A stretch of 64,000 nt of DNA from Phyllobates terribilis (Eukaryota), in NCBI RefSeq assembly GCF_046119375.1, contig NW_027362761.1, positions 69,378,001-69,442,000 on the forward strand, written 5' to 3'. Made by a program: the position numbers and the translations under genes. The notes beneath the pieces were generated by a model. The model had not been told where the DNA came from. It made no database searches and worked only from the letters and a program-made list of their open reading frames with translations. Position 1 is the stretch's first letter. The number at the start of each line of letters is the position of its first letter. This document shows positions 48,855 to 61,958 of the stretch, piece after piece.

Positions 48855-49490
48855 TGTGACGGTGATGGCTATGGACACACTGCAACACTGGCCGGGCTTA
48901 CCCTGTAGGGGTGTGACTACATGGCTACCAGGTCTTCACTAGAGGATAGGTTTGGGCCGCAGTGTAGCCACCAGGTGCCACTCCAGGGCAGTGCCCGGAC
49001 CTGCAGTAGCTGCTAAACGGGTCAAGGCAGGGACTTGAGGTACAGAGGGCACAGACAAAAACATAGACAGTCCAGGGTCAGGGCAGACAGCACAGGTCCA
49101 GAAGGCAAAGCTGGGGTCAGGCGCAGAGAGATCAGACATAGCAGGTAGACAAGCCAAGTCGGTAAAAAGAGACAAAACAGGAACACACCTAGACTGAAAG
49201 CTAGCAACAAACTACAAACTACAGACTAGAACCAAAGCTCAGGCAAGGAGTGGAGGGAGTAGCTGCCTAATATATCCCCTGATAGTAGCAGATAGGCCAC
49301 TCGGTAGGACACAGCAGTGTAAAATTCTTGCAGAGACGGGCCGCACCTCCCTATAGCCAGGTGGAGACAGCAGGAAGATGCAGCAGTGGTGGGGAGTGCT
49401 GCAAGAGGCAAACTCAGAGAGACCACAGTGAGAGAACAGAGCAGTGATCACAATAAGTAGGACGGCACTGAAAAGGCAGATGAGTTAACA
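48855..49490 (-). mobile_element. Solo-LTR-like element related to the 5980-7548 family
   Basis: TGTGACG...GTTAACA termini. Shares the CTGTAGGGG(T/C)GTGACTA and CCAGGTGC(C/T)ACTCCAGG blocks. No clean TSD. Confidence 0.6.
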
Positions 49491-52089
49491 GCGCGACTCC
49501 TGTGTGATCTCTAAACAAATCTTTGGCTATAATTGCATCCAAGACAAAAGCGAAACATGTCACTTTAGAGGACAGACCTCCAGTGCAGCCTCCATTGCTG
49601 TCTTGCTCTGCATCATACTAGCCTATTAGTGATGTGAGATCAATTGGACACTTGTAGCTGAACATCTGGCTCGAAACCCAGTGTCGTGCAAATGCTTCTG
49701 ACGGTTCATGTAGATACTGTTTGACCCTGTAGGCTTAGTATGGGATGTCTAATTCACCTTCAGTACAGAATAGATCAACCATGGAACCAGTGATACTGCC
49801 ATTTCTCCAATGTGTCCCAGGAGCCATTTTTGAACATAATGCTAGGCTGCATATTGATCATTCTAATGTTAACAGCCTGCACACACATGGACAAAATTGT
49901 TGGTTGCCTTCTATTAAATTAAGAAAAACCTACAATGGTCACTGAAATAACTTGAAGCTGATTGAAAGTTACTTCTATGTAAATTTACTGAATATTAACT
50001 AATGAAACCCAGTCATTGCTTTTCAATATTAACTTCAGTCAATATTTCCACACTGCTGTGCAGTATAATATATCTTCAGTGCTGACTTAGGCTGCACACT
50101 CCAGCTGGGAAGACTTGTGTACTCAGGTCATGTGACCCTGATTACATCACCAGAGGTCCTTCTGCACTCCTGTATTGCTGCCTGCTTATGATTGGTCAGC
50201 ATCATACAGGAGGCAGAAGTATATGCTCCTAGTGAAAACTATCTCCTAATACCCAGTTGGACTGGGTTAACTCTTTACGTGCCAAACATTTGATTGCTAA
50301 AAGGAGAAAAAAAAAATGTATTCCATTCAGGAGCACCTAATCACATCATGTGTCCAGTTCAACATGAAAAATGTGTACTTCTTTTGTATTACTTGTTTTC
50401 AGACTTCCATTACAATGAAGTATGTTAGAAACTACTCTATAACTTTGTGTGCCACTGAATTTGGTGCACTTAGATTCAAACATAATCTATGTATCTAGGT
50501 AAATTACGATTGCAGTGTAAAAACATTCATTTGCACTGCAAGCTTTATGATTACACTTTACAACAAAGGTGCAAAAACAAAGAATGTTTCCCAATGGTCA
50601 CCAGCATACTTTATTGAAAATAAAAGCAGGATATTTAAAGGGAATCTATTAGAATAAAATACTCTTTAAGGGTTCTCCTCTACACAAGCAGGAATGCATT
50701 GTGTCCCAACCTCCCGATTTCACAATTGCTGGGTGGGTGCCCTTTTATAAGGGACAGTTCAGGCAACATTGTCGTACTGCTGACATGAACTGAGTGCACT
50801 CCCGATTCTCCTGCTATACAAGGCTGCCTTGTCTCTGCAACATCGGGATGGATGGTGGTGGGTGAGATTAGGAGCTAAACACGCTCAGCTGTTCTGTCCT
50901 GACTCAATGAAGTGCGTACAAATTCAATGGGAAAGATCTTCTAAGCACTGCACATTATCAGCCACTGCTTCTACAACCCAGTAGTAACTGGTCTCTTTGG
51001 TTACAAGCTGTAAACAATAAATTAGAGATACAGGGAGATTGGCGGCAACTTTTAAAGGATTTGTCCACAACTGGACAACACCTTTTCAATGTTTCTAGAA
51101 AATAAAAAACATTTAACTCCTGGACCAGTTCATACGTTATATAGTAATGTCATCAGAAATAATCTGCTACCTGATTAAACGTTTCCTATGGCACCTACTA
51201 TATATACTAACATGGATTTCTGACACTTAGCCAGGGTACAGTGGTAAAAATAAATAGGTCACCACGTTCATTTCTAGGAACCAAAACATTAAAATCAAAA
51301 CAAAGTGTATACTGCAAGCAACATAGTTTCTCTAGCAGGTTTCTGTCAACCAGCAATAGTGGTGCCACACTCTCCAAATGGATGAGAGTTGGTCTTTCCT
51401 GGTCCATTGAATGGTCCAATTGTCAAGCCTTTTAGGATGAGAATGGAAAAAATTGCAGTATGTATCCTTCTTCAGAGAATGATGAGGATCTTTCAGTATG
51501 TTCACCACAACCATTATTTTCACAAATTATTTTATTGAAGTCATTCAATGAAAATATTACAACCAATGCTGGGGTCAAGTATAGGCACAAAGAGGCTTTG
51601 TGAGGGGGTTTTGTGAGGAACAACATGAGTGGTCATTAAAAGCTGAAGGTATATGTTTTTAGATGTCCTAAGGATGACTTTTGGTTTAGAGATAGGGAGG
51701 ATAATTGGTTTATTTGTTTTGAGCGGTATATGTAGTTTTGGGCTGTTGCAAACTCAAGGGTGAGACAGCACAGATTACCCTAATATTTGTTATTAATTCT
51801 GTTTCATAAGGCAATGGTTAAACTATAAATTGATGTTGTCTGCAACTTGTCCTAAAATCTCAATGGATATTCAACTGTTACTTGTAACAGAAACATTGCA
51901 AGTGACCATGCAGCTATCATTTAATTTCCAACATGGTCGATTACAATTTTTCCTTTCTTAGGAGCAGAGATGACGTTCCATACAATTGCATTTTAATTAT
52001 GAATTGCAAACATCTTCAGGTAATGTGCATGAGTAATTCAATTCACATCATCCCTGAAAGGTTAAGATGTCAGAGAGACAGGTTCTTAA

Positions 52090-52375
52090 AGGGGTTGCCA
52101 CTACTAGGACAACCTCTTCTCATACCACACGCTTGGCCCCGATAAAATGAAAAAGCCAATACTCAACTCCTATGCCGGCGCCGTTCCTGCGGTGTCGACA
52201 CTCACTCTTCCCTGGGGCTCTCAATGCCCAATCAGTGCTGGTGTCCCTGTCCCCGGAGAAAGCAAGTGCCGACACCGCTGGAACAGTGCCAGAACAGGAG
52301 GGGAGTATAAACTTTATTTTATCAGGGCCAAGTGTGGGAGATGAGAAGGGGTTGTCCTAGTAGCCTACAACCCCT
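52090..52375. mobile_element. TTAA-type MITE
   Basis: TTAA-AGGGGTTG...CAACCCCT-TTAA. Subterminal CTACTAGGACAACC / GGTTGTCCTAGTAG. Confidence 0.85.
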
Positions 52376-52389
52376 TTAAGTTGCATATT

Positions 52390-53264
52390 GCCTGGTGTCA
52401 TTTTATTCATATGGATATGAAAGATCGAGCATAGTTAGACAAGTCCAAGTCCAGTCTTTGTTGTAGTTGACATATTCTTAAAAAAATCACTGGGATCTTA
52501 AAAGGAATCAAAACAACAGTGGGGTAGGTGGCATGTGAATAAATGACAGATTAGCTAGGGAACACCAAATAGGGGCGAAACAGGTATCCTTGGAAATTTT
52601 TGACACTGCTTCATCGCGCAGCACCTCTCTTATCCTAAGGCAAATGTTACTGAAAGATCTAAATATGAAAATCACTGTGCTTTTGAGGAAAAAAGAAGAC
52701 AAATATATTGTGAGTGTGATTACATTAGCAATGCGTTTTTATACAAACATTTATACATACAGGCTCTTCAAAACAAATACAGGGAAATATGTTCAATGTG
52801 AAAACTGTAAATTTTGGAGAAAATTACATTTTGAAAATAAAACTGCAATATTTATAAAAAAAAAGTATATTTCAGAGGTCAGAGTATTATGAGATTTCAT
52901 GGATCAGTATCAATGTCTTATCTATAAAACAATTATATCTGCCGGAAAAAAACAATTATTTAAAAGTTAAATAAATGTTAGCAATATTTATTTTAACTTT
53001 CAATCACTGAGAATGAACTTCCCAATAAAATAGGCAAAGGTGTTTTAAAATCTGGAGATTCGGTGACATTGCTAAATTGCTGCATTTACACATCAATATT
53101 TTTATTGTTATTCAGAAGAGAAAATATCCAAAAAGCTGTAAGATAATCTTTGGAAGAGGACTAATAAATATTGGAAAGGTGAAGGTTTTGGCCGCATTTG
53201 GAATGGCACCAGAAAGGAAGGCTGTATCTATACTCCATATCTTCAAGCTTTAAGTGACACATAC
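52390..53264 (-). other. Candidate terminal (3' UTR) exon of a convergent gene, possibly GNG10 by synteny
   Basis: Long pyrimidine tract ending TTCTAG| at 53265 on the - strand. U-rich sequence follows, with AATAAA at 52402-52407 (-). No coding exon found, so this is inference only. Confidence 0.3.
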
Positions 53265-53361
53265 CTAGAATTAAAAACAGTGAAAACTATTAAAGAAAAA
53301 ATGCAAACAGAAATGATTCAAGTATATACAGAAGCATTAGCTCAAATATTTCCAGCTATAG

Positions 53362-53570
53362 CATGGATGTCAAACTCAAACACACAGAGGGTCAAATTGA
53401 AAAACTTGGACAAAGTCGCGGGCCAACCAGTATACAATATAATGGGCCCAACATAGTGCTCCATACAGAATAATGGGCCCCACATAGGGGTGGTGGTTCT
53501 GGTGTCGCGGGCCAAATATAAGCACCCTGCGGGCCAGATTTGGCCCACGGGCCAGAGTTTGACATGTACA
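53362..53570. mobile_element. 209 bp hAT-type MITE
   Basis: CATGGATGTCAAACTC...GAGTTTGACATG. Flanks AGCTATAG / ATCTATAG (7/8). Confidence 0.7.
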
Positions 53571-53689
53571 ATCTATAGTCTTGTGGATATGCACAGTTTA
53601 AATTAATTATATGGTTTTATATTAAATGGATATTATACTTTGTACATTCAGACTGAAGGCAGTAAAACACAGAGGGAACACATATGGAA

Positions 53690-53960
53690 ACAAGGAGTAA
53701 AGAAACATGTGAAACAACCCAGAATATGTGTTAAATATTAGATTCCCCAAAAGTATCCCTCTTTTACTTTAATGACCGTTTTATATACCCTTGTCATTCT
53801 TTCAAGCAGTTTTAATAGGTAGTCCCTTGAAATAGCTTACAATGCACAGGTATGCCTTGCCAAGAGTTCATTTGTGAAATCACTGGCCTTCAGAAAGTAA
53901 AGTTAATGTTGGTAACACAGTTCCAGAGTGCCGAACCCTATTCCACAACTTTTCTATGCC
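53690..53960 (+). mobile_element. Decayed Tc1 fragment similar to 30400-30558
   Basis: GTGAAACAACCCAGAATATGTG...TAGATTC resembles GTGAAACAACTGAAAATATGTC...TAGGTTC. Confidence 0.5.
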
Positions 53961-55081
53961 AGCATATGGCAAAAAAAAACTCAACTAACTAAAGAGAAAC
54001 AACAGTCTTTCATTACTATAAGACACAAAGGTCAGTCCATAAAATTGCTATCACCTTAAAGGTATCCTGAAGTGCAGTCAATAAAACAATCAAACACTAT
54101 GATAAACTGGATTTTGGGAGGACTGTCCCAAGATAGGATGACCAAGAATTACCTCAGCTGCACAGGATACGTTAATCAGTTATCAACCTCAGAAAATGCA
54201 AGCAGACTGCAAAAAAGATAGATCTAGATGGAACACAATTCTATCTTCTAGGATTTTCAGATATGGTTCTGTGATTGATAGAGCCTGTAGTTCACTAACG
54301 CTTCTTGCCGTTGTTATGGCAAGAAGGAAAGCTGCCTTCCAGGAAAGTTTATTTAAATCCACTGAGGCTATTGACTCAAAAGAAGGTAGAGCTAGGTCAA
54401 TATTTAGGAGGTCCCAAGGTGGGAATATTTTGGCCCTTCTTGGGTGTACCCGGGAAGCTGCAGTCAAGAATCTTTTTATCCATCAATGATTTGCTAAATC
54501 CTGGTCGAAAAATAACAAGGCTGACACCTGGACTTTGAGGGTACTAGGTTTTTAGCCTCTTCCCAGACCATTCTGTAGGAAATCAAAGATTCGGGCTATG
54601 TCTGGATGAAACAGATCCAGAGAAACAGCCCCAGACCATGAGATAAAGGTCATCCATATTTTTCCACAGATGGTTCTAGTTATCCATTTTCTGCTCTTCT
54701 GAAGGGTGCCCAAGACCCTGACAGACCCTTTGCCCTTAAGATTTCGGCTTTAGAAACCAAAAGGCCAGACACAGATTTTGGGGGGCTGGATGGAAAAGCC
54801 TTAGTTACTTACCGGTAACGGGATTTTTCGGAGCCCATGACAGCACCACGTGAGAGAGAGAGGATCTGCCCATCAAGGACAGGAAACCTACAGGTTAAAA
54901 AGGGCGGCCCTCTCTTCCCGCCTCAGTTTAGTTAACAGAGCATGAGAGTACCGCCAAGGTTAGTTATAACAAAACATAATCACATTAAGTACATTACTTT
55001 TCATCAATTTCCTGAAAGGGTGCACAAAAAGAAATCAACTCTACGGGAGTGCACAACACCAGTGAAGGGAGGGAATATAAA

Positions 55082-55167
55082 GGTGCTGTCATGGGCTCCG
55101 AAAAATCCCGTTACCGGTAAGTAACTAAGGCTTTATTCGGTCTCCCATGACAGCACCACGTGAGAGA
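55082..55167. other. DIRS internal complementary region (ICR), equal to the circular junction of both termini
   Basis: The first half is the reverse complement of 54795-54849. The second half is the reverse complement of 60064-60099. The halves overlap at TTT. Confidence 0.95.
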
Positions 55168-55186
55168 ATTACAGAGACTAAGGAAA

Positions 55187-56575
55187 TTAGGGAGGGACCA
55201 CAGCTTGAAGCACCCTTCTCCCGAAAGTGAGATCTGCAGAGCCACCCAGATCCAATCTATAGTGCCTATAGAAAGTAGAGGGAGAAGACCAAGTAGCAGC
55301 CTTACAAATTTCCTCAATGGAAAGCCCTGTCTTCTCCGCCCAGGAGGTTGATACCGCTCTGGTAGAATGCGCCCTCAATCCCTCCGGTATCTCTTTATCC
55401 CCTGAGGAGTATGCGAGGGAAATGGCCTCCCTGATCCATCTAGCGATTGTAGCCTTTGAGGCCTTACAACCCTTTCTAGCCCCCTGATAGCATATAAATA
55501 GGAACTTATCCTTTCTAAAGCCACGTGATACCTCTAAGTACTTTAGTACGCATCTCCTAACGTCTAAAGTGTGAAGCCTCTCCTCCTTTTGATTTTTGGG
55601 CGAGAAGCAAAAAGTTGGGAGAACTATCTCCTGGGTTCTATGGAATCGAGTGGCCACTTTAGGAAGAAAGGATTATATTAAAACCTGATCCAGCCTATCA
55701 TCCAGAATTTGCGTAAATGGAGGGCATATTGAAAGGGCCTGTAGGTCACTGACTCTCCTGGCTGAAGTTAGGGCTACTAACAGGACCGTCTTTAGGAAAA
55801 TAATTTTGGGGGAGACTAAATCTAGTGGCTCAAAAGGAGGACTGGTCAAGGCATCTAAGACAAAATTCAAATCCCAGGGAGACATCTTTACTTTGGTAAT
55901 GGGTCTACACATAAAGGAAGCTTTTATAAAACGGGCTATCCAATAGTTATCTGCAATATTGGAAGAAAATAAAGCTCCCAACGCCGACACCTGTACTTTC
56001 AAGGTACTGGTAGTGAGACCCAATTCTAAGCCCCGCTGCAGAAATTCCAAAATTTTCCCAATAGGGGGCCCCTCCTCCACCTTAACTTCTGCAAAGGACA
56101 GAAACTTCCTCCAGGTCCTGGCATAAATACGGGTGGTAACAGGTTTTCTGCTAGCCAGGAGAGTATTCACTACATTTGCGGGGAATCCTTTGTTGGTCAA
56201 TAACACCCTCTCAAATTCCACGCCGTCAAATGTAGACTCGGGGCTGGAGGATGGGAAAGTGGCCCCTGAGTGAGGAGGTCCGGAATCTCCGGAAGAACCC
56301 AGGGATCTGATATGGACATCTTCCGGAGACAAGGGAACCACGGTCTTTTGGGCCAAAAGGGGCATATGAGTATCACTCTGGCCCGGTCTGCCCTGATCTT
56401 TCTTATCACTGCTGGGAGCAGGATTATGGGAGGGAAGGCATATGCCTGAGGAAATCTCCAGGGAACCATGAAGGCGTCCACTGCCAGGGGTTCTTCTCTG
56501 GGGTCTAAGGAACAAAAATTTTCCACTTTCCGATTGGCCCTTGTTGCGAATAAGTCCACAGTCGGAAGGCCCCAC
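55187..56575 (-). pseudogene. DIRS tyrosine recombinase (split by a small deletion/frameshift)
   Basis: LTSARRVSDLQALS, HTLDVRR, AHSTRAVSTSWA and ATWSSPSTFYRHY. Confidence 0.9.
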
Positions 56576-57951
56576 GTTTCTACGATTCTCGAGAATATTT
56601 ACTTATTTAGGGACCACTCTCCCTCTTTTACAGAAGTACGGCTGAGGAAATCCGCTGTGATGTTTTCCTTCCCTTTTAGATGAGTAGCCGAAAGAGAGGG
56701 ACAATGATCTTTGGCTTTCAGCAAAAGTGTGTTCGCTACCCTCATCAAGTTTCTTGAGCGGGTTCCCCCTTGGTGGTTTATGTAAGCTACCGTGACTTGA
56801 TTGTCCGAGAGTATACGGACATGCTGGCCCTGTAAATATATAAGGAACTCGTTGAATGCATGCTGCACCGCCAGAAGCTCCTTAACATTTGATGACAACT
56901 GTCGCTCACTGTTTGACCAGGTTCCCTGCACTAATTTCCCTTCAAAGTGAGCTCCCCAACCTGTAGCACTTGCATCAGTGGACAAGACTGCAGTTGGACT
57001 ACATTCCCAGGGAACCCCTTTAGCAAGATTGTCTTGTCGTAACCACCAACGAAGGGACCGTATGGCACGAGGACCTAGCGTAAACTCACGGTCTAGATGC
57101 CCCTCTAAAGCTGCGTTATTGTACAACACATCCCACTGAAAAGCTCTTGCGGGAAAAGTGGAGGTGAAGGTTCCCAATAGTGACATGGCCTTACGGAGTG
57201 ACATAGAAGGTTTACGTATACACTGTGCTACCAACCCCCGGATTCTATCAATTTTTTCTTCTGGAAGATAACATAGCTGTTTCCTAGAATCTAATATGAC
57301 CCCCAGATATTGTTGTACCTTGAGTGGAGATAGTCTAGACTTTTCTAAATTTAGAAACCACCCCAAGCTCTTTAAGACAGACATGGCCTCCCGCAGGTGG
57401 GTCTCGCACTGAACAAACGAGTTCCCCACTATCAGGAGATCATCCAGGTAAGGGATAATTAGAATGCCCCTTTCTCTTACATGGGCCATAACTTCTGCCA
57501 TTACTTTAGTAAAAACTCGCGGGACTATAGCTAAACCAAAGGGGAGTGCAGTGTATTGAAAGTGTTTAACCACCCCGTCAATTTCAATGGCCAGCCTCAA
57601 GTATTTCTGATAGTCACTATGAATTGGGATATGGTAATACGCATCTTTGAGATCGAGCACTACCATATAGCAGTGGGGAAAAAGTAACTTTATTACGGAT
57701 TTTAAAGACTCCATTTTAAAGGTGTGTATTTTAAGGAAATTATTCAGGGATTTCAGATTTATGATTGTCCTGAAACTTCCATCCGGTTTCGGAACCAAGA
57801 AGAGCGGGGAGTAGAAACCGAGACCCTTTTCCGCCTCCGGAACCTCAATCAGGACGTGCTTTCTTATTAGGGCTTGTATTTCCGAAACGAGGGCAGCCTG
57901 GCGTTCTGGGGAAGAACTGGAGGGAACAACCATGAATCTTTTGTGAGGCAA
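56197..57951 (-). pseudogene. DIRS pol: RT, RNase H and methyltransferase-like domain
   Basis: VLDLKDAYYH, LPFGL, YLDD, STDAS, LSDNQ, ADFLSR and DLFATRAN...YAFPP. A stop separates the RH and MT parts. Confidence 0.92.
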
Positions 57952-58356
57952 TGCTTTAAATTGAAATTTAAGACCATACTTAAATCAGGCTTAAAATCCA
58001 ATTACTATGAGAAATCTGTTCCCAAGCTGGGACAAAAAAATGACAATCTCCCTCCCATCTGGGCTGATTGTGTATCCCCTGGCTTCTGCTCAATTTTTGG
58101 AGACGGACCAAAGAGTAGACCTCTACCTTTTCGACCCCTTTCGTCAGACTTGTCTTGCTCCCTGAAATATCTTTTCCGGAAAAATTTCCTCTTCCGGAAC
58201 GATCTCTTAAAGGAGGGTAGAGGTACTGATGGAAACCCCTTCTTAGGGTCCCCAGCTTTCTCCAATAAGTCATCCATGGTCTGACAAAAGAGGTATTCTC
58301 CTTCGCACGGGAGTGTGCACAGTCTGGATTTAGTCTGTAAATCCCCTGGCCAGCAT

Positions 58357-59400
58357 TTAATCCACAAGGCTCGCATTTGACAGTGCTGCTGATTTTGCTG
58401 CCAACCTTACCGAGTCCACAGATGCATCAGCAAGAAAAGCTGCCGCCCCCTGAACCAGTGGAAGGGAAGAAATAATGTATTTTCTAGAAGTCCCATTCTT
58501 CAACTGACTGTCTAGCTGTTCAAGCCAAACCATCAGGGCTCTGGACGTACAGGTGGCTGCTACTGTTGGCCTCAGTGCGCCCGCAGCTGTCTCCCATGCC
58601 CCTTTCAAGAAAGTATCAGCCAGTCTGTCTAGGGGGTCTCTCAATGCACCCATATCTTTCACCTTTGAATTTACCGGAAAACACCTTCTTTTCTTTAGTC
58701 CCAGACCACCAAACATAACATCCTCAGCTGACTTCTCTGCCCTCGTGTCCACTATCCCCATTGTAGATCGGACAGCTTTTACTAGGGCATCGACCTCCTT
58801 CAGGGGAAAGCACTGTCTATCTGGCTCACTGTCAGAGGAAGAGAAGGCGGAGGAGGAAGCGACCGATAGTTCAGAGTCTGAACCAGGCTGGGTTTCTTGA
58901 GGAATATGCCCAGACTCTGAACCCTGCAAGGCTTTGCCTATTTCTTCCCTTATTAAAGTTCTTAGGCCTAGGGAAAAATCTGGGGTTTCCTCTGACATCA
59001 TCTTGCTAATACAAAGCTGGCATAACTTCTTGGTATATGAATCAGGGAGTGGACCGCTACATAAGGCACATTCTCTGTGTTTGGATTTTGAGGAACATTT
59101 CTTGCTCTAAAAGAAAGTTATAGATAGAAAGAAGGAGGAAATATTAGTGGAACTTTCACGAAGATTCCACTCACCCCACAGAGCCTTCGGTACCGTAGAA
59201 GCAGAAGAATCCAACATGCATGGCGAGGAATCACGCCGCACCGGACCGTCCTTCCTGCTCTTAGTGGCAGCTCTTCTAGCTGAACGACCAGACCCTAGCC
59301 GGGAATGACGCTGCGCCACTAGTTGTGAGTGCTCCCCAGAGGGCTGCTCCTGCAGCAGATGTTGTTGCCTAGGTGACAGCTCTTGTGAATCTTCCATAAC
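58357..59400 (-). pseudogene. DIRS gag-like ORF1 (broken), with Cys-rich N-terminus
   Basis: ORF 58357-59001 (LRDPLDRLADTFLK...DSVRLAAKS). Upstream ECALCSGPL..KLCQLC near 59000-59080. Confidence 0.75.
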
Positions 59401-61029
59401 TTACAGTGTAAGAATGGGCTGGGAAGCACCTCTGTATGTTACCAGACCCTTTATATACTGGCCATACCGGTACCATGTGTGGGTGGGTGTCCTTTTTTTT
59501 TTTTCCAGGAGGGCGTTACCTGCTCCTTGGTCTTCCTCCCCAGGTGGCCAGGTGGGTTCATCGCTCCAGGTGGGCTCCTCGCCGCCAAGTCCTTTAATCA
59601 CCCGGTGTTCAGCTGCTCGCGCGCAAAATTCAAATCCCAGGGCTCCGGCCCCTTCCGGTGACGTCACGTGGACTTCCTGCCCGGCGCACCGGAAGTCACG
59701 TCACTAGGTCGCGCCTGTCACGTGCCCCGCCGATGCGACCTGGATCTCCTGCGATTTGTAGCAGGGGGAGGAAGCCTGCTAGCGGCCCCACACCTGGCGA
59801 ACATCTACCTCCCCGTGAGGCGATGTCGCGCCCGCCGCAACGCTCACGGAGGCGCCCCACTGAGCCCTACCGTGGCGTCTCCAGAGGACCGGGACGAACC
59901 GGCTCCAACCACATGCTGTGGCCCTCTCTGGGACAGGAGTCCAACTTCTGCAGGTAAACCTGCGAGGTCTCCCATCATGGACAGGAAACCTAAACTGAGG
60001 CGGGAAGAGAGGGCCGCCCTTTTTAACCTATAGGTCTCCTGTCCTTCATGGGCGGATCCTCTCTCTCTCACGTGGTGCTGTCATGGGAGACCGAATAAAT
60101 TGGACCTTGTTATAGAAACTCGTGGACCGGAGGGAGGATGAGAGAGTCCTCCGACATCAGGTTGTTTAATGTCCTGAACTGGACATAAGGATTATATATA
60201 ATACCTCCGTCCTGGTTTTTGGTAGTATGAGAATAGGGGGAAAGCGTAGGCCAACTTGAATTCCCAGAGATGAGCGAATGCGTCCACTGCCATTCGTGTC
60301 GTTTGGATCCAGGGAGAAGTATGGACCTACGTTTGTGTTTTGACAGTTCACAAATAAGTCCACCTCTGGATGGCCCTATTTCCTGGTTAGCATCTGAATA
60401 ATCTCGGTCTTCAGACTCCACTTGCCCAGGTGTATGTCTTTCCTGCTCATGAAGTCTGCTTGTATGTTGGCGGAACCTCTTAGATAGAGTGCAGATAGGG
60501 ACAGAAGATGTTGCTCTGCCCAAGAGAAGATTCTTGCTGAGATTGCCCACAGATTTCCATATTTCATACTTCCCTGATGACAAAGGTGAGCCACTGTTGT
60601 CGTGTTGTCAGAATATATCCTGACATGCATCCTCTGGAGTAATGATACTGCAGTTTTGAAATAAGCCATACGTTCCATGGTGGAACGCAACCGGAAGTGA
60701 CGTCAATAGAAGAGGACCGGCATCCTGCGTCACTTTCAGCGCACACTCACTGCACACAGGCATGGAAGGGAAGGAGAGAGGCTGGGGAGCTACGAGAGGA
60801 CCCCAGCCCACCTCTGATCAGCATTTTCCGGAGGCACAGGAGAACTGAGGGGTTATGATCTTCAGGGACACAAAAGTAGATGGAGAGGAGAAAAGCAGCG
60901 CAATCGACCTCACTGCTAGGCAAAATCCAGGTATTTTCTCCATCCCAGCGTCTGTTACCTGCAGATCACCAGGATGATCTCTTCAGGCCCCTAGGGACAG
61001 GAAAAACAGTGAGGATAGGGAGGCAGGGG

Positions 61030-61290
61030 AGGTGCTATTTAACCTCTTTGTGTTTCCTGTCACTACTAGGGTGGGGAGGCAACCTCCTGTTGTGCTGTTG
61101 TGGAGGGTGATGCAAGAAATTAAGATTTTTGTTACAAATGGAGAGGTGATGGGAATGATGGCTTAGGAGTTTGGCGATCTGGTGAAGTCTGGTGAAGCTG
61201 TGAAGTGTGTCTATGTAGTGAGTTATAAATCCAGATTTTAGATTGAGTCCTTTTGTCAATGACCCTCATCAGCTGGAATCCCAAGATTTT
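61030..61290 (-). mobile_element. Possible CR1/L2 LINE endonuclease remnant
   Basis: Weak resemblance to the TLDLVFT...SDHHL region (IDTLHSFTRL..LSHHSHHLS). Heavily decayed. Confidence 0.3.
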
Positions 61291-61329
61291 TCTCTCTCTG
61301 TCATTCTCAAAGGGACCTTTCAATATTAA

Positions 61330-61884
61330 AGGGAATGTGTCACCCCCTGGGAGATATCAGACCTCTACTATGGGCATACAGGGTATAGAAAAGTAAATCT
61401 ATACATACCTGTATGGCCCATAGTAGAAGTTTGATTGCAGAGAAAAGTGTTTTTATAAACTCCGTTTTGCACATGTCTGGCGTCCCCTGGACGCCAAGAA
61501 ATCCCCGCCTAACTGATTATTCCCCTAAATCCCCGCCTATATGCTTAGTTAGCATATCCCCCCCCCCCTCCCCTGCACGTCACATGGCCCTGTGACGTGC
61601 ACTGTGCTCCCTGACTTCCTGGGCATGTGCAAAGAGCCGCTAACATAGAGAGCACTTTGCTTCCTCCCGGCCCGTCTCTCTGTGCACTGCGCCGCAGGAA
61701 TATATTGCGCAGGCGCTGGGAAGTGACAGTGACTTTTGCCTGTGCAAAACAGAGTTTATAAAAACACTTTTCTCTGCAATCAAATCTCTACTATGGACCA
61801 TACAGGTATGTATAGATTTACTTTTCTATAACCTGTATGCCCATAGTAGAGGTCTGATATCTCCCAGGGGGTGACACATTCCCT
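61330..61884. mobile_element. 555 bp TTAA-type MITE with long near-perfect inverted arms
   Basis: TTAA-AGGGAATGTGTCACCCCCTGGGAGATATCAGACC...GGTCTGATATCTCCCAGGGGGTGACACATTCCCT-TTAA. Confidence 0.93.
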
Positions 61885-61958
61885 TTAAGACATTTAAATC
61901 TGTAATACGGTGTCCCAATCCAGAGAAGTGTTTTTCCACAGGCATGTCCAGCTAATTA

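Larger units (their letters stand above)
45748..49900. mobile_element. Old Tc1 remnants, split by the later hAT and LTR insertions
   Basis: TA-CACTGCTCAAA terminus at 45748. FQRDNARQH..LPWP..SPIEHIW at 48397-48672 (-). ILPFLQCVPGAIFEHNARLH near 49790 (+). Confidence 0.65.
54795..60099 (-). mobile_element. Structurally complete DIRS1-type retrotransposon (5305 bp) with ITRs and ICR
   Basis: 54836-54930 is the inverse of 59985-60088. ICR at 55082-55167. gag, RT/RH/MT and YR ORFs present. TTT termini. Confidence 0.95.
54189..60700 (-). mobile_element. Older DIRS1-like element (RNase H/MT part at 60100-60700, YR part at 54189-54794), split by a younger DIRS
   Basis: VRIYSDNTTTVAHL..QADFMSR and MDLF. 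YR motif FLLAITTARSVSELQALS. The flanks rejoin as QGPIFHPAP. Confidence 0.82.

Noticed and set aside
48855-49495. TSD for the LTR-like element
   Set aside because: Flanks CCCAC and GCGCG do not match, so the boundaries remain approximate.
51279-51603. About 107-codon + strand frame with one internal TAG
   Set aside because: Lies downstream of the SHOC1 stop and poly(A) signals, with no recognisable homology. Compatible with chance.
56197-56559. Methyltransferase-like domain as a novel cargo gene
   Set aside because: It is an established component of DIRS1-type pol, so it is listed as a feature only.
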